From: Mobula hypostoma
Taxonomy: Eukaryota
Length of the DNA: 64,000 bases
Reading direction: 5' to 3'
Assembly (NCBI RefSeq): GCF_963921235.1
Contig: NC_086120.1
Location: forward strand, 8,184,001 to 8,248,000
Position 1 is the stretch's first letter, and the number at the start of each line of letters is the position of its first letter. Position numbers and translations under genes: made by a program. Below the pieces are notes generated by a model that saw only the letters and a program-made list of their open reading frames with translations, did not search any database and was not told the DNA's origin. Shown in pieces: positions 36,900-50,299 of the stretch.

Positions 36900-37508
36900 G
36901 GAGGGAAGAGAAGATAGCGGCGGGACGCAGTGTGCGCAGCCGTTCCGAATTGATATCATATCTGTGAAATAGGATGCCGTGCACAAACCTGATTTGATAG
37001 AGACAGACGTGAAGAAGCAAAGAGTAGCATCTGGAAAAAAATTCTGAAATGCCTGCTCCGCTGCTGCTGCTACTGTGCGATCGAGAATCTCCAGAGGGAA
37101 GGTCCCAAATCCTCAGCCTTGCCTGTTGCCTGTTGCATGGGCCGGGGTCGAAGCACTCTGCAGCGGCGGTGCTCGGTGCATCGGTGTCGTGGAGCTGGTC
37201 GGAGGCTCGGAGTTTTCGGACGGACTCGGAGTCGGACTGTGGTCGGATGCTTCCGGGATGCTGCATCGGCAAGTTTGCGGTGCTGGAGGTTTACCGCCTG
37301 CGTGAGATGATGGGACTTTCGAGACGCTTTGAGACTGTACCGCGCCCATGGTCTGTTCTTATCAAATTACGTTATTGCTTTGCACTGTTGTAACTATATG
37401 TTATAATTATGCGGTTTGGCAGTTTTTCAGTCTTGGTTTCTCATGTGTTTCTGTGATATCATTCTGGAAAAATATTGTACCTTTTCTTAATGCATGCATT
37501 ACTAAATG
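36900..37508 (+). mobile_element. Non-autonomous retroposon (SINE-like), copy 2 of 4
   Basis: Homologous to 22746-23365 (reverse complement). Confidence 0.75.
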
Positions 37509-38339
37509 GCCGTGTTAAGAGGGTTGTTAAGAGATTCAATCCTGTAATATATAGATTACAGCTTCCCTGGTATTGCCGAATCCGTCCCAGCTTTCACATC
37601 TCCAAACTTAATCTCTGAATCTGTAGTCCTTTGGCCCCTATTCCTAAGTCCCCCTCCTCCCAGAATCATAGATGGAGCACCTGTTTACACCATCCAGAGA
37701 TTGTTTGACGACTGGCAAGTTATGGGGCACTTCCAGTGTTTAGTTCCTTAGGAGGATTGTGACATGGAGAGGAAGAGTTGGGTTCCAGTCTGGGGTATTT
37801 TACATCCTGATTTGATTACTGATTTTCATTGCTTTCACCCCAAACTCCCTAAGCTGCCATGAGATGGATTTGGAAGGGGAGTTCTGTCACACCAGTAGTC
37901 ATTATATATAAAAAGAATCACATAGGATGTGGATTGTATTTTCACAGTGTAATCTCATGAATATGCAATGATCCTTGGATTGTTTACCTTATATTTGTAC
38001 TTTGTTTGTTTTTGGACTAACTCTGGACTTTCGCTTTCTGATGCATATGGCCCAGTTGGTATCTATCATGGGGATTGTTAAACACTCTTTGTATTTATCA
38101 CCTTTGTTCAATTTGCACTGATTCGATTACCATTGGATTTTCAATGTGTTGCATTGTAGTTGTTCTCTCATCTGCTCCCCTCATAACTTTATATACCTCC
38201 ATCATGTATTCTAGATATCATGAGTGATGCAGATCTTCAAGTTTGTCTGAGTTCTTCCTGCTTAATTTCTGTATTATTTTTGGTCTTGTTTGAACTGCCG
38301 AACTTTCAGGGATTCCTAAAGTTGCAAGTGAACCTGACA
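37509..38339 (+). mobile_element. Gypsy chromodomain relic and 3' LTR (37885-38339), paralogue of 4180-4957
   Basis: Direct nucleotide similarity, with the same LTR/CR1 junction. Confidence 0.7.
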
Positions 38340-38800
38340 CAGGTCCCTTCCAAATCTTTCTCTCACTTTAAACCTACGCCCTCTAGTTTGTAATTCACCT
38401 TCCCTGGCAAACAACTGTGTGTATTCACCCAGTCTATGCCCCTCTACATTTTATAGCAGTCTCCTGCTATTCAAGGAAACAGTCATCGCATGTCCAACAT
38501 CTCCGATAAAACAGGCTCTCAGTCATAGTAATATTCTGAAAAATCACTCTTTATTCTCCTTTTCCAGCTTGATGACCTTGTTCCTTCAACAAAGGGATCA
38601 AAACAGTAGAGGTGCCTCAGGTGTCGCCACACTACTATTTCATGAAACTGCAGTATAACGTTTTGACACATATACTCATATGCTGACTGATAAAGAATGG
38701 TGTGCCAAATGACTTTGTCACCATTCTGTCCATCTATGACAACACATTTAGGGAACAATATACTGGCACTCCTTCATCACTTCGTTCTTGAACACTTCCC

Positions 38801-40102
38801 TGTCATGGTCCGGTCTGTGAATTCCACATTCCTGTTCATGATCTGGTCCGTGATCCGTATTCCAGGTTTTCTGGTTTTCCTTTGTTCTGTTGGGTACTGT
38901 AATTAAGGTACATTTTCTCGTTTGGGCAGACACAGAAATATTTCCGGAGACCAGGGCTTGGCTGCTGGATTGTTCCTGTCAAAACCCCCGTCTGAGTTCC
39001 TTCTCGGCCCTTCTTCCTGAAGCCTTGCCCTGCAACCAGTGTCTGAAGCCTTCCCTCGCCTGTTACCCTCACCTGCAACCTTTGCCTGCACCGCTGTCAA
39101 GGTCAACCGCTAGAGCAAGATAAGGAACTGTCTATCGTTGTTTTGAACTGTCTCTGTGTCCACGCCTTCACTAGCTGGGTCCGGCCATTTGCCGCTACCT
39201 TGTGTTGGAAACCGTCTCTTTGTGCCCTCGTCTCCGCTGGGTATGTCCGGCCATTTGCCACTACCTTGAGTGGAGATCTGTCTCTCAGTGTGTTGTGTAT
39301 GAGTCCTGGTTCTTGTCTCCCGCGTTCTTGTCTCCCTCGACCAAGGCTCTGTGTTCTACGTTCCTGTCTACCTCGACCAAGGCTCTGCGTTCCTGTCTCC
39401 CTCGTCCAAGGCTCTGCGTTCCTGTCTCTCTCGACCAAGTCATGCCTTCGTGTTCTCGTCCTGTCCATGTGCTGGAGTTCCCTCGTCTTGCCCGTGAGTC
39501 TCACATTCTGTCCTGTAGCCTCGCCTATTCCTGTCTCCCAAGACCGCGTTCATGTCTTCGCCTAGTTCCGGAGTCCGAGCCCGAGTCAAAACCCTATTTA
39601 TCGGTCCTTGCCCAGTATTTGGCTCGAAGTCAGAACTCAAGCCTCGTCATGACCTCGCCTCGAAGAACCCAAACATCGTCATGTCCTTACCTCGAAGAAC
39701 CCAAGCCTCGTCATGTCCTCACCATGAAGTACCCAAGCCATGTCCAGTCCTGTATCCACGTAATGTCCTTGCCAAGATCGTAGTCCCGAGTCGCTGCCTA
39801 GTTCCGGGGTCCCAGCCCGAGTCAAGACCCAGGTTCTGGGTCATGTCCAGTCTCCGGCTCGGAGTCCAAGCCCAGGCTTCTAGTTCCTAGTTCCTACTCC
39901 AGGTCCCGCTTGCCTAGCCAATGTCCTAGCCCAAGTCTGTGTTCTTGTCCCAGCTCTCTAGCCTCGTCCAGGGCTAGTGATAATGTCCAGCGTACTTTCT
40001 TCCCGACTTCCCTTGCTTTCTTGACACTCCGAGTCCTGTTCCTAGTACTTCAGTGTCTGTGTCTTGCATTTGGGTCCACTCCCAGATCACCCCTTTATGA
40101 CA
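38801..40102 (+). mobile_element. Solo LTR (TGTCATG...ATGACA) with internal tandem repeats and 4-bp TSD TCCC
   Basis: TCCC at 38797-38800 and 40103-40106. Repeats cgaccaaggctctg at 39300-39440 and cctcgaagaaccca at 39640-39720. Interrupts a CR1 fragment that is continuous in the other duplicate. Confidence 0.8.
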
Positions 40103-40594
40103 TCCCCAGGGACTTAGCATTTGCTGTGATCGTATGACACTGTTTTGCCTTCCGACACTTCAACCCCTTGGACTTACGTAGACGGAATGTCATTTGCCAT
40201 TCCTCCACCCACTTACCTCGCTGCTTCAGATCCCCTTGGAATTCTTAATATATCCAACGACATTCAGTCCTGCATTGTACAAGGACATTCTCACCAGCAG
40301 TACAATATTTCAATTAATCTACTCATGGACACAGATTGTCACAAAAACAAGTTAGACTCTGGTAATCAGAGAGGGGCCTCTGGGCTCTCCACCTCAGGGA
40401 TAATTAACGCAGCGTCCTTCTCAGCCTACTTCATCAGTGGCCCCAAATTCTGCCCAAACGCAGTGTGAAATTTATTCAGTCGTAGACACAGGGGACATCA
40501 TCTTCATTGTGCAAAAATTCCTTTGACTCCATCCACCAGACAGTCTATTGAACTATCTCCTCAAATTTGGTTTGCAAAGAACCTTCTTGGGAGG

Positions 40595-41600
40595 AAAAGA
40601 TGGAGACGCAACGCAGCTTGCAGCCACCAATCCGGTGAATGACGTCTGTTATCTGTCAAGTAGGGTGCCGTGCATAATCCTGATTTGATGGAGACAGACG
40701 TGAGAGTACGGAGGAACATCTGGTGAATCTTCTGATATGCCCATTTCGCTGCTGCTGCTACTGTGTGATCCAGAACCTCCAGAGGGGAAGGCCGCAAGTC
40801 CTCGGCTGTATTTGTTGCTCGGTGACCGGGGCAAGGCGGAAGTGCTCGGCAGAGATGGTGCTCAGTACTCGGTGTAGGAGGGCTGGTCGGAGGCTCGAAG
40901 TCTTTGGACGGACTCAGAGTCGGCTGCGGTCGGGTGCTTCCAATGCATCGACAAGTTTGCGGCGCTTGGAGATTCATGGCAGGGAGAGTTTCTCCCGTCT
41001 ACCATCGACGTGAGATGATGGGGCTATCGGGACTTGAGACTTTTTTTTTTTACCGTGCCCATGGTCTGCTCTTTATCAAATTACGGTATTGCTTTGCACT
41101 GTTGTAACTATATGTTGTGTGGTCACGTAGCCAAGTGATTAAGGCATTGGACTAGCGACCTGAAGGTCGTGAGGTCGAGCCCCAGCCGAGGGAACGTACT
41201 GTATCCTTGAGAAAGGCACTTAATCACACATTGTTCATGTGACGACACTGGTGCCAAGCTGTATAGATCCTAATGCCCTTCCCTCGGACAACATTGGGGT
41301 CGCGGAGAGGGGAGACTTGCAGCATGGGCAACTGCTGGTCTTCCATACAACCTTGCTCAGGCCTGCGCCCTGGAGAGTGAAGACTTTCCAGGCACATACC
41401 CATGGTCTCGTACGACTAACAGATGCCTTTACACTTTTTAACTATATGTTATAATTAGGTGGTTTTGTCAGTTTTAGTCTTGGTTTGTCCTGTGTTTCTG
41501 TGATTTCTTTCTGGAGGAACATCGTATCATTTTAATGCATGCATTTCTAAATGACAATAAACGAAGACTGATCGTCTTCATAATCTAAATCTAAAAAAAA
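40595..41600 (+). mobile_element. Non-autonomous retroposon (SINE-like), copy 3 of 4, with a nested tRNA-SINE
   Basis: Homologous to 36900-37508; interrupts the RTE relic. Confidence 0.75.
41117..41438 (+). mobile_element. tRNA-derived SINE with 12-bp TSD TAACTATATGTT
   Basis: A/B-box-like head (gtagccaagtgattaagg..ggtcgagccc); TSD at 41105-41116 and 41439-41450. Confidence 0.8.
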
Positions 41601-41837
41601 AATCTCCATCTCACATTTGCTCCAGGAACATGTGACAACAAAATCATCTGGTGTTCAACGAAGTTTTTGAGAAAATCACTTTTCTCAATCTGTCTTGTTT
41701 TTCTGTTGCATCTCTCTCCCAGCGACTTTCCTGAGGGAGTGGAAATGATCCCCAGAAGAAATGGAAATCACCTCAACTGACATGATTGCACTCTTGAACC
41801 AAAGACTCTCGAACCTCGCTGGTCAACCTGTTACATG

Positions 41838-43050
41838 TGTTATGACAAACACAGAATCGCACCACTATCTATGGTTTAGACGCTCAAACTCTCTGGAATA
41901 TGGATAGCAAGCACGGCCCCGTTAAAGTTTCAGGCGCCCACAAATTACCGACATGCTTTGGCTCCAGGAATTCATATTTAAGCAGCACGTGAACTGAGGT
42001 GCAGTACTTAAACGTAGGCCAACATGGATTATTGTCAAGTGCCGTGTTTTGTTCTCAGTTCTAGCTTCAGTCTCGTATACTCCCTCGATCAAAGACTGGG
42101 ACAATCCTCCTTCCTCTTCAAGGTCTCTCATCACAGTACGATTGAGGCAACATGGACCCAAAGGGGTATCAAAGTTATTCGTCAGCTCTGGCCAGCAACC
42201 GCCGGAAAATTTCAAGATTGCGCCTGGAGATGCATGACCTGCAGGACACTCCGTGCCAGATATCGTAGGGAAGAAGCCAGAGTCGCTCTATGGAGCCACT
42301 ACATCTGCTGATGCCACAGAGTATTGCACGGTGCTGCCGGAACTTGCCACGGCTTCCTTACTCAATATTTGTCAGTGTTCGAACTCCACCCGCCCTGGTT
42401 CCATACGGAGCACAGAAAGGAGGTCTTCAAGATTTCTCTTTCCTGACTGGGCCACCGCGCACTGGGAGTGAAGGTCGGAGATTTGCGCTGATTCGGAGGA
42501 ATTCCTGGACGGCATGAGGAGCGTGTTCCATTTATCCCGCCTCTGATGTTGGAGTGAGTGCATGTTGTCTCAATGGACGTCTTAGGGCAAAAAACTGCTC
42601 CCACGTGTGTCCCCCACCCACCGCGCCCCCAGGCAGCTGTCCCGGCAGACATGAACTACAAGTTTGGAAATAGAGAGCTACTTGTCGTCAAGTTGGCTCT
42701 GAAGAAATGGTGACTCTGGCTTGAAGGAGCCAAGAACCTCTATCGTACTAACAGACCAAAAAAAAACTGACAAATTCAGGAGGCCAAGAGACTGTATACC
42801 AGTTTGATCAGTTGGTCCATATTCTTTAACTGCTTTACTTTTGTAAATTGTTCAATTAATTGAAAGGTTGTGAAATTAAAAGGTTTGGTCTGGCTTGGTC
42901 CCCGGCCGCTCGACCATGATTTTCAGTCGGGCGCCGGATGCTCGAAGAGATTATTTTTTGTCCTTTTTTTGCGCACAAATACTCTATGTCGAGCTTGGGA
43001 TAAGCACACACAGATTTCACCTTGAACAGAAATGAGATTATCTCAATCCT
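41838..43050 (+). mobile_element. Gypsy 5' LTR (41838-42135), gag and RNase H relics; paralogue of the 6118 element
   Basis: Same insertion point in the RTE relic (ACATG vs ATATG); ATGGACCCA gag start; NYKFGNRELLVVKLALKKW. Confidence 0.8.
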
Positions 43051-43079
43051 TGTCCTTGATGCTTGACAAACAAGAAAAA

Positions 43080-46000
43080 GCTTGCTCATAAATACAAAAA
43101 GTTGCAAACTGCAGCAAAATGTTCATTGTTTCCCTATGACTGCTGGATACACTTCTTTCACTGAAATCCAGAACTTGTTCAGTGGTGGGTTATCTCGGCT
43201 GAACAAACAGACTGCATCTCACAAAGTTCCTTTTCTCTCAACATCAAGTGCTCAGGCTGAGCAGATGATTTAGAGAAAGGGTCCCTCACCCAGTCATACA
43301 CTTGTGTTGAAAGAGAAGGAAAGTACAGTTCAACTTTGTTCTGCAGATCTTCCAGGTGGTCTTTCCAATGAGACTCGAAAATTTCTGATCCTTTCTTACT
43401 CTCAAGCCTAAGCAGCAGCGGAGATTCAAGATTTCCTTTTGCAACATGATTTTTCCAAAGTTTGAGTTTCCTTTTCAATCCAAGAACCTTGACACTTGAT
43501 GTCAAAACATTGTAAACAGTGCCGCGCAGAGATTTGTTCAACTGGTTTATTTGACGAAAAACGTCTGTTAATTAGGCTAGTTTCTGCGGCTATTCTTAAT
43601 CTTCAAAGAACTCAGCAAAATCCCGACGACTATTTTCCTGGCAGTACAGCTGCAATTCCCCACTGTTCTGCTCAAACATCCTGTTGATAACTCTAAGCCA
43701 ACGGATTTTTATATGTAACAGGAGCTTGGTCTGCTCTTTGTCCCGGTTTTCACACAGTATATTAAGCATTCTCGTCTGAACTGGTCTTCGTTTCATGAAG
43801 CTAACCATTTTATTAACGTCATCCAGAACTTTTTTCATTTCATCTCCGAAAATTTTTGACATCAGTACCTCTTTGTGACGAAATCAGTGCATTTTTTTTT
43901 TCTTGGACAAGAGAAATGAAACCTCTCGAGGCGGGAGCCATTGATGGGGCAACGTCAGTACTCATGCCAACACAGTTCCTCCAAGACAGGACATTTGTAT
44001 TGAGATATGAAGACAAAACTTTAAACATATCTTGGCCTTTGCTTGCTCTGGGCAGCTCTTTGCAACAGGAAGTTTTTTTTTCTTGAATTTCACCATCATT
44101 TCCAAATCTTAAAAATGCTGCAACATAATATATATTGGAGAAATCTGTTGGCTCATCAACCTGGATACAGAAGCTCTTGTTTTTCAGATTATCACAGGAA
44201 ACCTCTTCAGTATCATGTGACATGCAAACAATACAACAATACGTCGAACTATCGTACTGATTGCGAGTGGCTGCATTCTCGCCCGAGCATAAGACCAGGC
44301 AAGAACCGATTCTCAATGCATATGCGGACGACTGTGCACTTCTCACGCACACGGAGGACGCGCTACAGACTGCAGTCACTCAGTTCGCCAAGGATGCATG
44401 GGCATTCGGGTGAACGGTTAGTCTGAAGAAAACAATGATCCTCCACCAGAAGCCCCCTCGTGGCGTTTACAACAACCTGGGATCAACACTGACGAATACC
44501 CTCTCACCACCGTTGAGCAGTTCACCTACCTGGGCAGCGTCATTTCCAAGGACGCGACCGCAGGAAGGGATGAAAACAATCGAATCGCCAGAGCTACCTG
44601 TGCCCTCAGTAAAGTGCGTGGAAGAACCACCAGCTACAGCTGTCCACAAAAATCCATGTGTACAGGGCTGCGGTCATCACAACACTGCTATACGGCTCCC
44701 AAGCCGGGATCTTGTACCTCAAGTTCCTCGAGCGCTTCCATCAGCGCTGCCTACGCCCCATCATAAGTATCAGCTGGCAAGATCCTGTCTCCAACAACGA
44801 GGTCCTGGAGAATGCTGAAAGTCCAATCATTGAAGTTAGTTTGCTGCTCAGGCAGCTGCAGTGGCCAGACCACATGTCTCGCATGGAGAACTCCAGGTTA
44901 TCGAAAACAGTACTCTGTGGAGAACTCTCTCAGGACAAGAGGGATCGTGGTGTTCCCGCGCAAAGAGGTACAAAGAACAACTTAAGCAGCAGCTCCCTCC
45001 GGCAAATATCGAGGTCAAAGAATGACAGCAGCTGTCTCGTGACAGAAATCGCTGGAGATCGCTTGTCCACGGGGCAGACAAGAATATTACGGAATCCGGA
45101 AGAGTGGCTACTGAAGAGAAGAGGAGACGCTGGAGGGATCCGACTACCCAAGCGTCCGCATCCCCGCTGCTCTCGTGCCCCAACTGCTCCAGTCTGCAGA
45201 TCCAGAATTCCACATCAACAACGATCGTGCCGTCGCTCCTGAGGAGTCTTCTTCCCTCCTGATCTTCGCAATTGTAGAAATAGCCACCATCATCGAGTTT
45301 GAAACTTTTTCAATTTCTTGTACTGCATCTTGTCCTGGCATTAGACTCAAGATAATTTTATATGCTGGCATTATTAGATTCTCGGCAAATATGTGGCTTT
45401 TCCGTTTCTGGATAATAAATTCTGCTAATAAATAACTTGCTTCCTGAGCACTTTAAATAATTGTGAATTTATTAACAAAAACTTTACTGTTTTTGTTTTG
45501 AGATTCCAATAGCCGTTTAAAGTAACCAGCACTTTTACGTACATATGGCTGTAATTTGTAGTTAAGTGTCTTTTTAATTCTACTGGAGCCATTGGTGAAT
45601 TTTAAGTTGTTTGCCGCAGATGAGGCACAATGGAATACGACAGGTTGACTCACCAGGCCATGTAAAACCGATTAATAAGTTCCTTCATGCTAAAGACGGA
45701 CTTTTTTGTGTGGGTTGTTGCACGACTGCAATGAAATTACTCAGAAGATTGTAATTCAAAAGTAACTACATTGGCCTGTCAGACAAGTCTGTAAAACGGC
45801 GGCTAATAAAAATAAATAAATAAATAAATAAAATTAGGCGAGTCAATTCAATTCTCGGAAAACGCTCTTCACGCTCCCCATTGGCCTACAGTCCTTTCCT
45901 CCGTGCAATACAACGCTCAACAACTATCAATGGCCTCCCCTATCTTGCGTGAAAATCTGAGAATGGACTCAACCAAATAAACACGGTCTTACTGCGTCCT

Positions 46001-46185
46001 GCCAGTCCGGGCTGAGACCTCGAATGAGATTGTAAACGGGGCTGCTCCGTAACTGCTCACCACTATAAGCACCAGCATCGCACATCGCGCGGTTCAAAAA
46101 ACGATGGTTTATTTTTCATTTATTACAATCCCTCGCAGAACCCGACTGAACTCTCGCGGAACCCAGGTTGGAAAACTTTGATCTA
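43080..46185 (-). mobile_element. hAT (Buster/Charlie-like) relic with a nested RTE (~44270-45295); paralogue of 9600-12160
   Basis: ORF 43840-44379 (LKNKSFCIQVDEPTDFSN..FLRF..CVGMSTDVAPSM) and ORF 43596-43862 (LLLHIKIRWL). End flanked by atctagac. Confidence 0.85.
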
Positions 46186-46534
46186 GACCATTCCGGCCGA
46201 CTAATTCTTATTGATAGAATTCCTTCCCCTCTTAAAAGAGAGGTATTTCGTGGACACAACCATTGTTAGACGTGAGTCTCAATGCTGATGTATGAATAAC
46301 AAGACAATACAATTTGAGAATGGAGAACCCAATATTACAACAATAAAAATGAGAAGATATTGTCCAACAAACAGGAGAGAATGAGCAAGGTCCTGTACCC
46401 ATGGAAGTGCATTATAGAAAACAAGATGGAATGTGAAAACACCCCCTCCTTGACTCACTATCATCGCATAATCCAAACATTGTAATATTTATTTTTAAAG
46501 ACCCGAAGCTCCCATTTTTGTGTCAGGCCATAAT

Positions 46535-48900
46535 GACAGAAGGAAATCTGCAGATGTTGAAAATCTAAAGCAACACACATAAAATGCTGATGGAACTCAG
46601 CAGGTCAGGTAGCTTGAGTGGAAAAAGTAAATAGTCAAAGTTTTGGACTCAGACCCTTCATTGGAACCAGAAAACAAAGGGAAAAGTCAGATAAGCAGTT
46701 AGGGGAATGGTGCAGGAAGAAGTACAAGCTGACAGGTGATACGATAAAACCAGGAGTGGGGGAAAAGGTAAAGAGGTGGACGTTGTTTGAACAAAAATAT
46801 TTAGGGCCGGAGAAGGGGGCCAGCAGACTGCAACATAAAAGCAGCGAGCTATTGGTATTCCTCTCACTGCACCCGAAAATGAAACATTTCTCTCCCTCGT
46901 TCATGGGAGAAAGGGCCTGTGGATGTCAATGTATTGGGAGGAACATTTTTCTGATGCACTCTGGATCATGGTCTCATTGGTGTTTTGTGATGGATTGCAT
47001 GGCGCGTGATGGAGGTGACGCTTTTGCTGAGGCAGCTGGGGCATGGGTTCTTGCTTTTCCAGCTGCATGTGCGTGGGGTTCTAATACTTTCCTGGCATAT
47101 ATTTATTGCAGATTTTCTTCTGTTTCGTGTTTGTCTGTGAAGAGTAAGAATTTCAGGTTGTATACATTCTCTGATATTAAATGGAACTATTGAACCATTG
47201 ATTCTGATCGGAGACGACAAAATATCATGGAAGAATGGGAAGAGGTGGAGCACTAGAGGGAGGTGATGGGCATGCCAGAGGATGCTGAGAGCGAGAAGTG
47301 TGAATGGGGAAATGTGAAGGCGAGGAAGAAGGCAATTATCAGAGGTAGAGAAATTGATGTTTGTTCTGTCAGGTTGGAGGCTAATCAGATTAATTAAATG
47401 TGTTGCTCTTCCCACCTGAGTATGATCTCATTGTGGCAGGGGAAGTGACCATGAACTGACTTGGAGGATGAGAATGGAAAGGAGAATTGAAATGGGCAGC
47501 CCCTGGGAGATCCCACTTTTTGTGGCAGACAGAGTGAAGGTGCTCTCTGAAGCAGTTTCCCAATTTATGTTGGGTCTCACTGACATTCAGGAGGCCACAC
47601 TCGTAGTAGTCTGTACAGTGGACACCCCAACAATCTCGTATCTGAAGTGCTATCTCACTGTTAGGAATTGCTTGGGGCCTTGAATGGTAGTGTGGGAGGA
47701 TATGTAGGAGTAGATGTGGCACTTGTTCCACTTGCAAGAGTAAGTCCCATGAGGGAGATCGGTAGGGATGAATGAGTAGACAAGAGCGTCATGCAGGAAA
47801 GTGGAACGTGGGGGGGGGGGCGTGTTGAGAAAAAACATCTGCTTGGTGGTGAGATCACACTAGAAATGATTTAATTCATGGAGAATTATGTGCTGGACGT
47901 GGAGGTGTGGAAGGCATGGATAAGAGGAACCGTATCCCTGCTCTGGCGGTGGGTAGATGGGGTGCTCACAGTCATGGAGCTTAATGTCATTGCAAAGATA
48001 AAGAGCGTGTGAAGTGTTGCTAATGTGGGTATGAAAGAACTGAACCAGGAGGCATAAAACAGTGTTGAGATATGCAGGCACAAGTTCAGTGGGCATGAGC
48101 TGATAGAAACAATGGGTCTACCTCGACAGTCAGGTTTATGGATTTCGGGTTGGATTTACAAACTGGAGATGTGGGGTAAGGTAATTATGAGGACGGTGGT
48201 AGTGGACGGGAGATCCCTGGAGTCAATAAGGACGGTGCAGAAGACAATGGCCTGGTTCTCCGTAGTGGTGTCCTGTTTGAAGGATGAGTAAAATGAAGTG
48301 TCTGAGAGTTACATCTGGACTAAGGAGGGTAGAGATCAGTTGGCCAGACTCCCACAGCACCACCTCCCTCCATTTAACTGCCAGTTAGATGTTGGGATTT
48401 ATGCAGAGAAAGTGGAGAGCAGTGCATTGAAAAGGAGTGAGGTTAGAATTGGGGAGTGGAGAGTTCAATTCGAAATGGTTAAGGTCCCATCAGCCGTTAG
48501 CAATAAAATAATCCAGAGCAGGCAGAAGACCAGATCGGAGTGTTCAGGAAGAGCATGAACGTCGGAGATGAAAGAAAGGGGTGATCGGTGCGGACTGGAG
48601 AGTCTTTGCCAAAGAAGAAGGCATGGAGGCAGAGGTAAAGGTGACAGAAGAAAAGCTCGGCATCATGGAGGCGTGGAACTCACTGATGTGCAGGCTCAGG
48701 TATACTGAGGGGAGGCCCTTACTGAGGAAAGAAAGTTTTCCCTTAGAGAGGAGATGGTCCGAGGGAATTGTGAAGACCCGGCAGTGATTAAAACTGAAAC
48801 CAGGCAAAAGCTGCATACAAGGATGAGCACTTGAGTTGAAAGTATTTCTTTGCTGGGTCAAAATCCTGGAAATTTCTACTCAGACACACCTGCTCGTATG
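46535..48900 (-). mobile_element. Degenerate Penelope-like element with nested repeat (~46820-47190); paralogue of 12826-14466
   Basis: Same tail/insert junctions; GIY-YIG relic in ORF 47390-47737. Confidence 0.7.
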
Positions 48901-49639
48901 TGAAAAGGACTGCAGCGTTTTAAGGAGGTTGCTCACTACCTTAGCAGCATTCATCGTCCACTGCTTGGTATATGTGGAATCCGCTGGTATATCTTACTGA
49001 ATTGGAGCCTTAGCTTCAGGAGTGCTTGAAGCTAATCCTGACAAATGGACTGGACCAGAATGTTCCTTGGATAAATGGGGAACTATCATAATGTATCACG
49101 ATGGGATATGATTAGGGTAAGGAGCTGTCTGAGTTCTCAATCAAGTTCAACAGAGCTCCATTATACTGAGAAACAATATTGGTACTTGCATCATGGTCTT
49201 GCAAGTAGCTTTCACATTACTTCCCATGTAATGTGAATAAATTGATAATTATGCTTGGACATGGCAAATTTAAGGAAGATTCTCTGAATAATTAATGACA
49301 CATTTCACGCCACCCGAATGCGTAGATGAAACATTTGTACAGGAAGTGATTCACAGCTCATCTCTGTTTTCTTCACCATTTCACACCTCACACACTGCAC
49401 CCATCAATTTAAAATACACATGATGCAGATGCAGGAAATTTGTAATAAAAACTGAAAATGCTGGAGTGTATTCTTTTACCATTTTCAGACTTTTGTTTTC
49501 TTTTTCCTTTCTTGGGTCATTGAAATAAAACTAACTTTCTCTTTCCACTGATATGAACTAAATTCCTCAGTATTAACATCACTTTAATTTTATTCCATCT
49601 ATCCAGCTTCCAGTGATTACAAATGTTACGCTTTGCTAT

Positions 49640-50230
49640 TAAGTTTAATTTGTTCCTTCTGAGGTTCTTATTTTTTACCGTGAATCTCTCTGTTCAAGAG
49701 CCAGGGTGGTATCAATTTTCGCCAATCATTGGTTCCAATGTTGGCGGCCCTGAGTTGGCATTGCTTGGTGCATTCCGTGAAGTATGCAAGTCACCAGACT
49801 GCTTCAATGGTTTGACCCAGGTTGAAGAGATGATCTAAGGTTGTAGGTATGCCGTGGAAATCTTTTTATTGGTTTGCTATGCTGTGTTCAAGTTGAGACC
49901 AGGTTGTGATTAGTTGGAAATGGGTGCAGTAAAATCGAGAAGCAATGGAAAGCAAGTCATGTAATAGATGTCGACATCTTAAGTTACTTATAATATTATT
50001 AAAATTTATTGGTTTATTTAGAGTGCACTGGAAAAGAGCTACAGAGCCATAAATTTCTGCATCAATTCCATTGTCACATTTCAGTATCAACGGCATGTGG
50101 CATACACTGTTTATTGATTTATCATGTGGCAAAGTTTCTTTTTTTTTGCACTGATTAGCTCGACCATTCAAACAAAATGTCATGTCTTCTCTTCTTACAA
50201 AGGTGGTGTCTGGTGGATGCAACCATTGGT
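49640..50230 (+). mobile_element. Very old RTE-type LINE relic
   Basis: Plus reading VETRL*LVGNGCSKIEKQWKASHVIDVD resembles RTE (EIRRRIALA..SKLEKIWK). Confidence 0.45.
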
Positions 50231-50299
50231 AGACATCAAGAGTGTAGATTCATGAATGTTATGTTGGTACATTACTGTGAGTCGAAGTTGTGATAGAAC

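Larger units (their letters stand above)
37510..48100 (+). repeat. Segmental duplication, copy B (copy A at ~4180-14466)
   Basis: Same chain as copy A. Copy B carries extra insertions (solo LTR, SINE-like element, tRNA-SINE) and lacks the equivalent of ~7150-9600. Confidence 0.85.

Noticed and set aside
39300-39720. Repeat arrays as a CRISPR-like locus
   Set aside because: The units are imperfect and lack unique spacers, lie inside a eukaryotic LTR, and have no cas genes.
49866-50222. 118-aa minus ORF with LKCDNG, resembling an integrase-core (IS3EU-like) transposase
   Set aside because: The plus strand shows a better RTE-type motif (SKIEKQWKASH), and the integrase catalytic spacing was not convincing.
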